NCBI GenBank assembly: GCA_030059665.1
Contig: JANVYR010000002.1
Location: 192,001 to 256,000, forward strand
From: Candidatus Calditenuis fumarioli
GTDB taxonomy: Archaea; Thermoproteota; Nitrososphaeria_A; Caldarchaeales; Calditenuaceae
Reading direction: 5' to 3'
Length of the DNA stretch: 64,000 bases
A program made the translations under genes and the position numbers. Positions within the stretch are counted from its first letter, which is position 1. Every line of letters begins with the position of its first letter. This document shows, one piece after another, positions 38,061 to 47,755 of the stretch. A model generated the notes under the pieces. The model saw only the letters and a list, made by a program, of their open reading frames with translations. It did no database searches and was not told the DNA's origin.

Positions 38061-39967
38061 CTGCTGACCACCTCCTCATACGTTATCCGGAGGTCTGAGA
38101 TTTTTGGGGACTGTGATGAGGCGGAGGGCCGCGATAGCGTGAAGCGAACCACCAGTTCTCCGCGGTGATACTGATGGAAGAGGTAATCGCTGTCAACGAG
38201 AATCGGGCCGTTTGTGACGATTCCGATGCGCGTGACGCTCCCGAGGTTAGGATTGCCGGACCTGCTGAAGGTCGAGACGTCAAGCAGGTACTCTCTCCAG
38301 ACGCTCGCGTCGTTTGCCGTCATCACGCCCTCATAATAATCGCCACCGGAGGAATAGAGCCGGAGCCTGACGGATGTGTTGGGCGCGAAGGCGTAGAGGA
38401 AGATATCCGCGAACCGCGCCCAGCCCAGATCGATGGGCTGCGGCAGAGTATAGACCGCCTCACCGGGATTCGTCCCAGTTAGCCTGATCCCCAGACAGGA
38501 GCCCGAGACTATGCCGGCGCTCGCCCTGAAGACCACGGCGTTCACTCCGACCCATTGACGGTAGGCGAGTCCGCGCGTGAGCTCCTGCGCCCTTCCGGGC
38601 CACCTCTTCAAACGCAACCTCTTCGTCAGGTGCCAGCCGCCCATCTTCGGGTCGGTTTTGCCCACGAGCACTCTCCCCTGCGGGTCCCTCACCTCGACGG
38701 CTATGGCACCATCCCCCGGGTAACTGATCCACTCGATGTAGCCCCATTTCCTGAAGGTCTCCGTCGGCGGGTTGAACCTGATCTCGGCCCAGCCGGACGT
38801 GAACCCCGAGGCCAGAACGAGCTGTCCGGTGCTCGGGTCGAGGGTCACGTTCTCCCCCGCGTGTATCGTGAGGGGTCTCCTGTTCCAGTAGGTGACGTAA
38901 CGGTACGCGGACGCCGTGGTCACGCTCTTCACGAGGTAGAGCGTGCTCCTGAGGCCGGCGAGCTCTCCAATGACCGAGGGTCGAGGGCCGAACCGAGCGG
39001 TGGTATCACCGCCAATCGCTTCGTTCAGCAGGTCCTCGAGGAGCTCGAGCCTTCCACCGAGCGTTAATCGGCATCTCTTATTCCTCGGATCATATTCTAT
39101 CTCAACGATAAACATATTTACGTTGTTCAGCCCGAGGTCCGGGAGGTTAACCGTGACCGTGTCGAAGAGGTCGATGCCAAGTGTGTTGAAGGCGTTCTCT
39201 GCCATCTCCACGCGAAGCTCCCTCCCGTACTCCCTGTTCAGTGCGAGCCTGATCCTGGCCCTCCTGAGGGCCTCGTTGGCGTCTGTGAGGAACGGGTCGT
39301 GGACTACGACGGGAAGGTCTCCCGGCGGATCGGAGACGTCCGCAAGAACCTCACCGTTGGCGCCGACGTAGATCACCCGGTTCTTCAGTTTCCATCTGTC
39401 TTCGGAGTACTCGGCGGAGAGGACCTTCGAGCCGTCGATCGTCGCCTTCGGTGTTCCCTCGCTCTTCGGGCGGAAGCGGAGGACCCTGCCAGGGAGCATT
39501 CGGAGGTAGTGGTTCGTTCCTTTCGCCACGTCCAGCATCACCTTCAGAGCCGTCGAGTTCTCTATCGACCACGGCGACGTGATTGATGGGCCTTCAGCAA
39601 CGTCGGTTACGTCGACTCCTGGCTCGAGCGAGGCAAGGTCACGGATTATGGCGCCGGCCGTCGTGCCAGTGTCGTAGACGCGAAAGACGATGTATCGGTC
39701 GTAGAGGATTAAGTCAGAATAGGCCCTGCATTCCACCTCATTCACGTGTCCGTTATCCCTCCTGCGCCTGACCTCCGTGACGACGCCCTCAAAAATGACC
39801 GATGTGCCGACCGAGAACCTGCACCGCCACCCGACCGATGCGTTACGGTCGATGAGGGTGAAGCTAAGGCTCTCGAGGCTCCGCGCGCCAACCTCGTGCC
39901 TCACACTCACCGCATTTCGCGTGACGTCATTCCACGCTGTGCCGTCGCCGAGCTCGAGTTTGATCAC
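38057..39967 (-). CDS. Viral tail baseplate hub/Tal-like protein with C-terminal beta-sandwich (CBM-like) domain
   Basis: IFEGVVTEVRR, TAGAIIRDLA, LRFRP, NRVIYVG, EALRRARIRL, FDTVTV..PDLG pattern of tail hubs. GAGGTGA RBS. Confidence 0.72.
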   Translation of the reverse strand: MIKLELGDGTAWNDVTRNAVSVRHEVGARSLESLSFTLIDRNASVGWRCRFSVGTSVIFEGVVTEVRRRRDNGHVNEVECRAYSDLILYDRYIVFRVYDTGTTAGAIIRDLASLEPGVDVTDVAEGPSITSPWSIENSTALKVMLDVAKGTNHYLRMLPGRVLRFRPKSEGTPKATIDGSKVLSAEYSEDRWKLKNRVIYVGANGEVLADVSDPPGDLPVVVHDPFLTDANEALRRARIRLALNREYGRELRVEMAENAFNTLGIDLFDTVTVNLPDLGLNNVNMFIVEIEYDPRNKRCRLTLGGRLELLEDLLNEAIGGDTTARFGPRPSVIGELAGLRSTLYLVKSVTTASAYRYVTYWNRRPLTIHAGENVTLDPSTGQLVLASGFTSGWAEIRFNPPTETFRKWGYIEWISYPGDGAIAVEVRDPQGRVLVGKTDPKMGGWHLTKRLRLKRWPGRAQELTRGLAYRQWVGVNAVVFRASAGIVSGSCLGIRLTGTNPGEAVYTLPQPIDLGWARFADIFLYAFAPNTSVRLRLYSSGGDYYEGVMTANDASVWREYLLDVSTFSRSGNPNLGSVTRIGIVTNGPILVDSDYLFHQYHRGELVVRFTLSRPSASSQSPKISDLRITYEEVVSR

Positions 39968-40394
39968 GTTTTCATCACCTCTGAGCGGAACCGTGAGACT
40001 CCGTAGACGATAGCTCGGGTGGGCCTGGACGAATGGCCCGTCACGCTGCGGACGTCCCCGGACTGATATTTCGGTAGAGGGTCCCCCACCGGATCGAAGG
40101 TGAAAGTGGACCCAACTGAGAACGGTCTCGTAACCGTGTCACTACACGTGGAGCACGGCCGGGTGGGTGCCCTGAAAACTGCGCCTCATCAGACGTCGTG
40201 GACGGATTGCCTGAAGCCGGTCGTGCCAGAGTGAACGCGATGAGGAGGGCGAACCGCGCATCGTCCCAGACCGACCTACCGCGGGTCGTCGAGAACGGCC
40301 CGAATAGCCGATCTCTCGGTTGCAACGTCCTCCCGAGCGCTCTTGGACCCAGGCCTATCACGTACAGCAATCCTGCTCCAACGGCGACATGCCG

Positions 40395-40817
40395 TCAGTC
40401 CCCCATCGAGAACAGCACCAGAGCGACAACCGCCAGAGCCATGGCCAGGAGCTGCCTGAGCTCTAAGGTCTCTCCGAGGAGAAGGAAAGACAGGAGCACG
40501 GTGACAGCAGGGTAAAGCGAGGTCACGACCACCACGATCGACGACGGGTTGAGCTCCAGAGCCCAGTAGAAGAGCAGAGCTCCCAGGAATCCCAGCGCGC
40601 CTGCGACGAGTGCGGCGATTCCGTGTCCGGTCCCGAGCGAGAGCTCCGGTCTGAGGAGCAAAATGAAAGAGATGCTCGCTGCCATCTGCCCTATCGCGGC
40701 CAGGGCCGTCACCTCGCGCCAGGAGAGGTTCTGCGAGGCGAACCTGCCCAGCACTCCCCAGATGCCCCAGCTGAGGAGGGACATGACCGCCACGAGGAAC
40801 CACTTGACCTCCATCAA
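40395..40817 (-). CDS. EamA/DMT-family transporter (single domain)
   Basis: Five TMs, SIVVVVTSLYPAVTVLLSFLLLGE. Confidence 0.88.
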   Translation of the reverse strand: MMEVKWFLVAVMSLLSWGIWGVLGRFASQNLSWREVTALAAIGQMAASISFILLLRPELSLGTGHGIAALVAGALGFLGALLFYWALELNPSSIVVVVTSLYPAVTVLLSFLLLGETLELRQLLAMALAVVALVLFSMGD

Positions 40818-40854
40818 GCACCACGCCGCAAGAACGAGGAAGCGCCGGGCCCGC

Positions 40855-41391
40855 TCACCACTTGGTTGCCTCTCCCCTCAGCATCTCGCCGATGTGCACC
40901 CTGTCGATGTGCCTGGATAGCTCCCTGGCGTCCCTTAACGTGGCCCCGCAGTAGGGACACGTGAGGCCCTTCTCCTCCTCCAGCTCCGGCAGCAGCGACT
41001 TCTCCACCAGGTCCCCCGCAAGCGATAGCATCGTCAAGATCCCCACAACCTTCTCGCCCTCCGTCACCACCACCCTCCTGATCCCCTTCTGGGACATCAG
41101 GGCTATCGCGTCGCTCACCTTCGTCTGCGGCGAGACCGTCACAAGCGGCGATGACTTGATCTCCCTGAGCCTCACCGACCTCGGGTCTCGTCCCTCCGCA
41201 ACGACCCTGTAGAGGACGTCCCTCTCGGTGACTATGCCCGTGATACGGCCGTCCTTGGAGACGAGGACGCTCGTCACGCCTTTCTCCCGCATCTTCCGCA
41301 CCGCCTCGGTAACGGTGGTCTCCTCGTCCAGCACGACGAAGTCCTTCCTCATGTGGGCGGATACCGGGTCCGAGAGCACCTCGGGCTTCAA
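40855..41391 (-). CDS. CBS-pair protein with C-terminal C2H2 zinc finger
   Basis: Two CBS repeats (GIVTERD, GILT), then CPYCGATLRDARELSRHIDRVH. Confidence 0.88.
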   Translation of the reverse strand: MKPEVLSDPVSAHMRKDFVVLDEETTVTEAVRKMREKGVTSVLVSKDGRITGIVTERDVLYRVVAEGRDPRSVRLREIKSSPLVTVSPQTKVSDAIALMSQKGIRRVVVTEGEKVVGILTMLSLAGDLVEKSLLPELEEEKGLTCPYCGATLRDARELSRHIDRVHIGEMLRGEATKW

Positions 41392-41491
41392 CGGGTCCTA
41401 CCTCGTTCCCACGGGCTCGGAGCAATTAATCTGCTTTCCCCGCCGGAGAATTGCGCTCGGGTGATCCCATGCGTTGGGGATGTCAGATGTG

Positions 41492-41588
41492 TGGGGCCGG
41501 TGGGATTTGAACCCACGTCCTCCAGCGATCCGTGCCGGACGCGCCAGCACCCCAGGCTGGCGTCCACTCCAAGCTGGACCACGGCCCC
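41492..41588 (-). tRNA. tRNA-Pro(GGG) with a 22-nt intron at position 37/38
   Basis: GGGGCCGTGGTCCAGCTTGGAGTGGACGCCAGCCTGGGG[TGCTGGCGCGTCCGGCACGGAT]CGCTGGAGGACGTGGGTTCAAATCCCACCGGCCCCA. CCA is not encoded. Confidence 0.92.
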
Positions 41589-41738
41589 TGCCATCCGATG
41601 GGGCTGGTTTCCCGGTAATAAACGAAATCGGCCTGGTCGGGCACGCCTCAACCTTCGACTCCGCGGGCCTTCAGATCCCACAGCTATCGCGCTCTCACGC
41701 TTATCTTCTCCGTGAGACCTGTGCCACGCTGAAGGGGC

Positions 41739-42149
41739 TTGAGGGTCTCCGTGGGTCAGAAGGCCTCCTACACCAGGGAGATCACCGCGGACATGATCAG
41801 GGCCTTCTCCGACCTCTCAGGCGACAGGAACCCGCTTCACCACGACGAGGAGTACGCCAAGTCGACGGTCTTCGGCAGAGTGGTGGCTCAGGGCATGCTG
41901 ACCGCCAGCCTCATCTCCACCGTTCTGGGAACGGTGCTTCCGGGCCCGGGGTCAGTCTACCTGGAACAGTACCTCAAGTTCACCAGGCCCGTTTACCCGG
42001 GAGACGTGGTCACCGCGGAGGTCGAGGTCACCGAGGTGTCCGAGAGGGGGAACAGGGCCTTCGTCACCCTCAGGACCACCTGCACCAACCAGAGGGGAGA
42101 GGTCGTGATCGACGGCTGGGCTAAGGTCCTCGTGCCGATAGGCGATTAG
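41739..42149 (+). CDS. MaoC-family dehydratase
   Basis: FSDLSGDRNPLH, VAQGML, PGPG, F..PVYPGD. Confidence 0.92.
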   Translation: MRVSVGQKASYTREITADMIRAFSDLSGDRNPLHHDEEYAKSTVFGRVVAQGMLTASLISTVLGTVLPGPGSVYLEQYLKFTRPVYPGDVVTAEVEVTEVSERGNRAFVTLRTTCTNQRGEVVIDGWAKVLVPIGD

Positions 42150-42190
42150 AACGGAAAGGCTTTCTCCCTCCGCGCGAACTCAGCTGGGAC

Positions 42191-42358
42191 ATGGCTTCGA
42201 AGGGGTGCGCCCATGAGGACCTCGAGTTCCTGGGTTCCCAGCGGACCGAGGACGGCGAGAACAAGTACTTCAGGTGTAGGAGGTGCGGCGGCGTTCTGGT
42301 GGTCACGCCCCAGATGAAGGCGTACTACGTCCCCGGAAGGGAGGGCTCTACCGGGTGA
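42191..42358 (+). CDS. Small Zn-ribbon protein, 55 aa (not in ORF track)
   Basis: MASKGCAHEDLEFLGSQRTEDGENKYFRCRRCGGVLVV... with CxH and CxxC motifs, host-like codons. Confidence 0.65.
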   Translation: MASKGCAHEDLEFLGSQRTEDGENKYFRCRRCGGVLVVTPQMKAYYVPGREGSTG

Positions 42359-43349
42359 CCGCGACCGCGCCGCTGTTTTCTGGCTCCGTCCAGATCACCT
42401 CCAGCACCCTGTGGCCTTTCGACTCGAGCGTTGACACCACGTCCGCGAGGGCTCCGTCTATGGGCCTCCTCCCCTCCTCCTGCGCGTTCCTCCGCAGGTC
42501 GTACCAGAGCAGCCTTGATGGTCCTGCGCCGCTGATGGTCATGGCCACGCCGTACCTCCGGAGCAGCCGCGTCTTCTCCCCGAGGAGCTCCTTCCAGTTG
42601 TACCTCCCGTAGAGGCCAGCCTCGGCCCTCGACCTCTCCACCACCGGATCGAAAGGCACAAGGCTGAAGAGCGTTCTCAGGTCGCCGCGCTCGAGCGAGA
42701 GGCAGATCGCCGCCAGCCTCGATGCGACCGTTATGTGGTCTTCCATCCCGACGCTCTCGGGGATCACCCTCCTGCTCGCACCGGTCGACTCCTTCCGGAC
42801 GTCCGGAATCACCACCACGAAGGCCAGGTTCCTGGGAGCGACGATCCGCATCACGTCGATGCCGTTATGGAGCCTGTAGGCTATGGTGAAGCCTCCCAAG
42901 GTCGCTGCGGCCACGTTGTCGGCGTGTCCACCGGGCTCCACCAACGATGCGAGCCGCACGATCTTCCTTCGGTCGATCCTCAACCCCAACGCCAAGTGGG
43001 CCGCCAGCAGGGCTCCCACCGCCTCCGCAGCTGAGGACCCGAGGCCCTTCCTCACGGGTATCCCCGCCTCTATCCTCACCCTCCATCCCATCCTGATGCC
43101 GAGGCTCGAGTTGAGGATCTTCAATGCCCTGCAAGCCGAGTTCAGACCTACGCTCCTCTCGACGTCTGCCGCGTACTTGCCGGAGACGGTGAGCTCGATC
43201 TCCTCACCTTCACCCTTCGACTCCACCTCGACCTCGAGGTACGGCGTTTTGAGGGCGACCGACATGACGTCGAAACCAGGCCCGAGGTTCGCCGAGGTCG
43301 CTGGCACCCTCACCCGCACAGCTCCTCGCGTCATCCGCCACATCATCAT
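42348..43349 (-). CDS. thrB: Homoserine kinase (GHMP family)
   Basis: PATSANLGPGFD, IPVRKGLGSSAA, HADNVAA, ISGAGPS. Confidence 0.93.
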   Translation of the reverse strand: MMMWRMTRGAVRVRVPATSANLGPGFDVMSVALKTPYLEVEVESKGEGEEIELTVSGKYAADVERSVGLNSACRALKILNSSLGIRMGWRVRIEAGIPVRKGLGSSAAEAVGALLAAHLALGLRIDRRKIVRLASLVEPGGHADNVAAATLGGFTIAYRLHNGIDVMRIVAPRNLAFVVVIPDVRKESTGASRRVIPESVGMEDHITVASRLAAICLSLERGDLRTLFSLVPFDPVVERSRAEAGLYGRYNWKELLGEKTRLLRRYGVAMTISGAGPSRLLWYDLRRNAQEEGRRPIDGALADVVSTLESKGHRVLEVIWTEPENSGAVAVTR

Positions 43350-43453
43350 GTGCAGCTGCGGTATTTCTATGGACCGCCCGGTGCGTCGATCAGAAGGCCC
43401 TTCCCTCTGCAGTTACGTTGATCCGTTGGGCATCAGGCCCTCTGTGATGGGAG

Positions 43454-43906
43454 ATGTCCGGAAGCCATCAAGGGTCGAGGGGCTTCGAGTTCCTGGAGCA
43501 CACGAGCGACGTCTACGTCAGGGCCTACGGCAGGGACCTCGCGGAGGCCTTCGAGGAGGCGGGGAAGGCCCTCTTCTCGGTCCTCGTCAGGAACGCAGGC
43601 GCCGCGGAGAGGAGGAGGGAGGTCGAGGTGACCGCGAGGGGATACGACCGCATGTCGCTGCTCTACGACTGGCTCGAGCGGTTGCTGCTGGTCTTCCAGC
43701 TTGAGAAGCTCGTGGCCTCCGACGTGAGGGTCAAGGAGATCTCGGAGGAGTCCGGCGAGCTCGTGATCAGGGGCAGGGCCATCGGCGAGGACTACGATCC
43801 GGAGAAGCACGTCCCCGGGATCGACGTGAAGGCCCCGACTTATTGGCTGATGGAGGTGAACGAGACCAGCGACGGCGTGGAGCTGAAGTTCGTGCTGGAC
43901 ATCTGA
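43454..43906 (+). CDS. Archease
   Basis: FEFLEHTSD, DVKAPTY, FVLDI C-terminus. Confidence 0.92.
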   Translation: MSGSHQGSRGFEFLEHTSDVYVRAYGRDLAEAFEEAGKALFSVLVRNAGAAERRREVEVTARGYDRMSLLYDWLERLLLVFQLEKLVASDVRVKEISEESGELVIRGRAIGEDYDPEKHVPGIDVKAPTYWLMEVNETSDGVELKFVLDI

Positions 43907-43916
43907 GGGTCGAGCG

Positions 43917-44807
43917 GTGACGGGTCAGGAGGGTTCGCCGGAGTTCTTCGCGCCTCCCCTCCCCAGCCCGAGGGTTCACGTCTTCATACCGAGCGCCTTC
44001 GGCACCGAGACCAGCTCGCTCCTCGAGCGGACGATGAGGGTGGGCGTTCTGGCGAGGGCCCTTGCGGTGTTCAGGGTGGAGAAGGTCGTGATCTTCCACG
44101 AGGACCCCAAGAGACCCGATCCCAACGCGAGGTTCCTGAAGACCGTCATCGATTACATGAACACCGCGCCCTACCTCCGGAAGGAGCTCTTCCCCATCAG
44201 GCCGGAGCTGAGGTACGTTGGCGTGCTGCCGCCGCTGAACATACCCACGCATCCCGAGAGCAGAACGATCCCCGTGGGAGGCATGGAGCTGAGGGAGGGG
44301 CTGGTGATGCGTAGGGGGGAGGGCTACTACGTCGAGGCCGGGCTCGAGAGGCCCCTCAGGCTCAGGTCTCCGAGGAGGCCCATGAGCCGGGTCCACCTGC
44401 TGGTGAGGAGGAAGAAGGGAGGCCTGAGCTTCCGCCTCGTCTCGCGCACGAAATCTCCCTACTTCCTCGGGACCACTGCCGAGGTCAGGGACGGCCCTCT
44501 GGACAGGCTGATGGAGGGTTATGCCCTGAGGATCGGTGCCAGCAGGGTCGGGGAGCTGGTGACCGACGGCTGGAGCAGGCTGGGGGAGGCGCTGAGGGGC
44601 GCCAACGGGAACGTCTGCGTCGTCTTCGGCTCCTACAGGAGGGGTCTGAGGGAGATAGCGGAGGTCCAGGGCCTCAGGCTCGACCGCCTCTTCGACTTCG
44701 TGGTGAACTTCATCCCCGACCAGGGCGTCAGGACCGTCAGGACCGAGGAGGCCGTTTACGCGGTACTCTCGATCGTCAACCTGCTCATCTCGATGAGGAA
44801 CCGGTGA
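43917..44807 (+). CDS. SPOUT RNA methyltransferase (DUF171 type)
   Basis: ARALAVFRV, YMNTAPYLRK, GVLPPL, NFIPDQG..TVRTEEA. Confidence 0.9.
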   Translation: MTGQEGSPEFFAPPLPSPRVHVFIPSAFGTETSSLLERTMRVGVLARALAVFRVEKVVIFHEDPKRPDPNARFLKTVIDYMNTAPYLRKELFPIRPELRYVGVLPPLNIPTHPESRTIPVGGMELREGLVMRRGEGYYVEAGLERPLRLRSPRRPMSRVHLLVRRKKGGLSFRLVSRTKSPYFLGTTAEVRDGPLDRLMEGYALRIGASRVGELVTDGWSRLGEALRGANGNVCVVFGSYRRGLREIAEVQGLRLDRLFDFVVNFIPDQGVRTVRTEEAVYAVLSIVNLLISMRNR

Positions 44808-45657
44808 GGAACGTCGAGGCCCTCTCCGCGAACTCCTCAGGTCTGAGGACTCCGAACGACGAGACCGTGAGGACGTTCTCCAGCGGCTCTGTCAGGTCGA
44901 AGAGCTCGAAGGCCACACCTTCCAGCTCGATCGTCTCGTTCCTCCACAGTCCTTTGAGGTCGAGCTTGAGTGGGTCGGTGAGGAAGAGGCATGGGAGGCC
45001 CAGCTCCGATGCCCGCTCGACGAGGGAGGAGGTGCCGCTCCTGTTGACGATCCTTCCGTCCCTGAGGACCGCGTCCGATCCCAGCAGAACCGCATCGCAT
45101 CCCCTCAGCCTCCTCAGGAACTCGAGGTCCTGGCTGACGCTGCACCTCACGCCCGCTCTCCTCAGCTCGGCTGATGCCCTGATTCCCTCGTTGAGGGGCG
45201 AGCAGAAGGGGAGCTCGACGGATGCCGGCTCCAGTGCCTTGATTGCCCGGAGCGCGTGGGAGCTGTAGCTGTAGGTCGCAACCCTGACGCCCTTCCCGAG
45301 GTGCCCCACCAGGCGGGTCACCGATTCGTCGATCCTCTCGCCGATGCCTGCTATCACGCTCTCCGCCGCCCTCTCAGCGTCCATCCCCTCAGCCAAGAGC
45401 CTACGCATCTCCCTCAGCGCGTTCGCTATGACGGGCATCGAGCTCCTCCGGTGCGCCACCTCCATGACCTTCGCCAGAGCTGCTTCCAGCTCCTCGCCGC
45501 TCATGCCCCTCACGAGCTCCGCCGTTTTCCTCAGCACCGCAAAGGCGATCTGCGTGGATCCCATCTCTCGGTCCATCACGATCCTGTTCAGCTCCTCCAG
45601 CGCATCCACCATATCCACCAACGCTCCACCATCACCTCCACCTGCACGCGAATCCAT
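44785..45657 (-). CDS. eIF-2B alpha/beta/delta-like (ribose-1,5-bisphosphate isomerase family) protein
   Basis: TYSYSS, VLLGSDAVLRDGRIVNRSGT, FDLT. The start may lie further downstream. Confidence 0.75.
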   Translation of the reverse strand: MDSRAGGGDGGALVDMVDALEELNRIVMDREMGSTQIAFAVLRKTAELVRGMSGEELEAALAKVMEVAHRRSSMPVIANALREMRRLLAEGMDAERAAESVIAGIGERIDESVTRLVGHLGKGVRVATYSYSSHALRAIKALEPASVELPFCSPLNEGIRASAELRRAGVRCSVSQDLEFLRRLRGCDAVLLGSDAVLRDGRIVNRSGTSSLVERASELGLPCLFLTDPLKLDLKGLWRNETIELEGVAFELFDLTEPLENVLTVSSFGVLRPEEFAERASTFLTGSSSR

Positions 45658-45702
45658 AACTCGATAAGTATATTAGAGTGGTTTTTAGCAGATTACCGGA
45701 AA

Positions 45703-46137
45703 ATGGGGGCTGGGAGCCGGGGGACTCCTGTAAGGAACCTGGACGGGCTCGGGCGTCACGTGATCGGTGAACTGTACGGATGCGACCCAGCCTCCCTCAA
45801 GGACCTCGACGGGATCATCGACGCGGTAAGGAGGGCTGCGAAGGAGGCAGGAGCGACGATCGTTGGCGACTTCGCGAACAAGTACGACAAGGGCGAGGGC
45901 GTCTCGTACATACTGGTGGTGAAGGAGAGCCACCTCTCGGTGCACACGTGGCCCGAGCTCGGGTACGCCTCGGTGGACATCTACACCTGCGGCGACCACG
46001 TCGATCCCTGGAGGGCCTTCGACGTCATAGCAGAGGCGCTGAAGCCGAGGACCGTCAGCGTGATGGAGATCAAGAGGGGCCTGATGGTGAAGGAGGCCGA
46101 GCAACGGGCGAGCATCGCGCTCGAGGAGCTGAGATGA
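45703..46137 (+). CDS. speD: S-adenosylmethionine decarboxylase proenzyme
   Basis: LGRHVIGELYGC, ESHLSVHTWPE (E|S cleavage), DIYTCG. Confidence 0.92.
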   Translation: MGAGSRGTPVRNLDGLGRHVIGELYGCDPASLKDLDGIIDAVRRAAKEAGATIVGDFANKYDKGEGVSYILVVKESHLSVHTWPELGYASVDIYTCGDHVDPWRAFDVIAEALKPRTVSVMEIKRGLMVKEAEQRASIALEELR

Positions 46138-47042
46138 CCGAGTACCTCTGGATCTCGGAGAACGTCGCCGAGGGGCTCAGGGAGTACTACGCGGTCAGGG
46201 AGGTGCTGGTCAGGACCAGGACGAGGTACCAGGACGTCTCCGTGGTCGACACCGTTCCCTTCGGCAGGTGCCTGGTCATCGACGGCAAGCTCCAGTCGTC
46301 GCTGCTGGACGAGCACGTGTACCACGAGGTTCTGGTCCACCCCGCGATGGTGACCCACGGATCGCCGAGGAGGGTTCTGGTGATAGGCGGAGGAGAGGGG
46401 GCCACGGCGAGGGAGGTCCTCAGGTGGAGGACGGTGGAGGAGCTGACGATGGTAGAGATCGACGAGGAGGTCGTGAGCTTCTGCAGGAAGCACATGCCCG
46501 AGCTGAGCGCGGGAGCCTTCGATGACCGGCGGATGAGGCTCGTGTTCGCGGAGGGGAGGAGCTACCTCGAGAAGGCCCCGGACGGCTCCTTCGACGTCAT
46601 CGTCGTGGACGCCACCGATCCGACGGAGGGCGCTGCATCGCTTCCCCTCTACTCGCAGGAGTTCTACCGGATGGCCTCGGAGAAGCTGAGGGATGGCGGA
46701 GTTCTCGTGACGCAGGCGACGTCGATAGTCCACAACCCGTTCGCCTTCAGATCGATCATGGAGACCGTCAGGACAGCGTTCAGCCACGTCACGCCGCTCG
46801 CGGTCTTCGTGGTCTCGTTCTCCTCCGTCTGGGGGTTCGTCGTCGCGTCCGACTCTAGGTCTCCGGAGGAGGTGAGCGGGGAAGAGGTGGACAGGGTACT
46901 GAGGGAACGCGTCTCCGGCGGCCTCAGGTTCTACTCCGGCAGAGTTCATCACGCGTTGATCGAGCTGGCGAGGAGGTACCTCGAGCTCTCGCGGCCGGAT
47001 TACCGCATCATTAGAGACGGCGAGCCGGTTCTGATCCCCTAA
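46134..47042 (+). CDS. speE: Polyamine aminopropyltransferase (spermidine synthase)
   Basis: [37 protein letters not shown]. Confidence 0.94.
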   Translation: MTEYLWISENVAEGLREYYAVREVLVRTRTRYQDVSVVDTVPFGRCLVIDGKLQSSLLDEHVYHEVLVHPAMVTHGSPRRVLVIGGGEGATAREVLRWRTVEELTMVEIDEEVVSFCRKHMPELSAGAFDDRRMRLVFAEGRSYLEKAPDGSFDVIVVDATDPTEGAASLPLYSQEFYRMASEKLRDGGVLVTQATSIVHNPFAFRSIMETVRTAFSHVTPLAVFVVSFSSVWGFVVASDSRSPEEVSGEEVDRVLRERVSGGLRFYSGRVHHALIELARRYLELSRPDYRIIRDGEPVLIP

Positions 47043-47482
47043 AGTTCACCCTGACCCCTGGAGCCCGACCCGAATCTTCCGAGGAAGTGCCTTTCGAGGA
47101 ACTCCTTCGTCGAGTCGGTCATCTCGATGCCCTCCAGCTCCTCCGGCGAGAACCAGCGCGCGTCGATGGCGTCGTCCGATGCCCTCAGCTCGCCGCCGAC
47201 CACCTCGGCCTCGAAGTCGACGATGACGAAGTGCTCGAGCAGCTCTCCCTCCGGGCCCCTCCAGAAGACGTCCACCACGTCCACCACCCTCCTCAGCCTC
47301 ACCTCGAGGCCGGTCTCCTCCCGCATCTCCCTGACGGCCGCGTCCTCGCTCCGCTCCCCGAACCTTACCCTGCCTCCCGGGAGCGACCACTTACCCCTCC
47401 CGGGCTCGTTCCCGCGCCGGACGAGCAGCACCCTCCCGTCCTTGACGACGAACAGGCCCACCGCTGGGATCGGCCACCTCAC
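47039..47482 (-). CDS. Nudix hydrolase
   Basis: Nudix box [23 protein letters not shown]. Confidence 0.93.
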   Translation of the reverse strand: MRWPIPAVGLFVVKDGRVLLVRRGNEPGRGKWSLPGGRVRFGERSEDAAVREMREETGLEVRLRRVVDVVDVFWRGPEGELLEHFVIVDFEAEVVGGELRASDDAIDARWFSPEELEGIEMTDSTKEFLERHFLGRFGSGSRGQGEL

Positions 47483-47755
47483 ACCCCACCACCCCCTCCG
47501 TTGTCGGAAACGCTTTTACGGGTAATCTGAGCTCGAAAGCCCGTGAGGTCCCTTGCCTTAACGCTCATGCCCGTCCTACTCGTGCCTCACCTCCTCGTCA
47601 TATACTCGGTACTGGGGACTGAGGAGCCGGGCTGGAGCCACCAGGTCAGGGAGATGCCGGTGCCACCGAGACCGGAGGGAGACCGCGTTCCGACTCCGGT
47701 GCCCGCTGACGGACGCAGCGGTATGGTGGTCCGCCTTCGCTCTCTGTGAGGACGC

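Larger units (their letters stand above)
36376..40040 (-). mobile_element. Remnant of a tailed provirus (tail-tip module)
   Basis: Three coupled tail-like genes between housekeeping genes. No integrase, capsid, terminase or portal seen. Confidence 0.6.

Noticed and set aside
40041-40370. ORF starting MLYVIGLGP, like tetrapyrrole methylases
   Set aside because: Similarity ends after 9 residues. At most a scar at the edge of the viral remnant.
41492-41588. tRNA-Pro as the attachment site of the viral remnants
   Set aside because: No duplicated tRNA fragment or integrase found near either remnant by eye.
47543-47749. 68-aa ORF between nudix and the CoA-transferase
   Set aside because: No motif or clear RBS. 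It cannot be supported without homology data.
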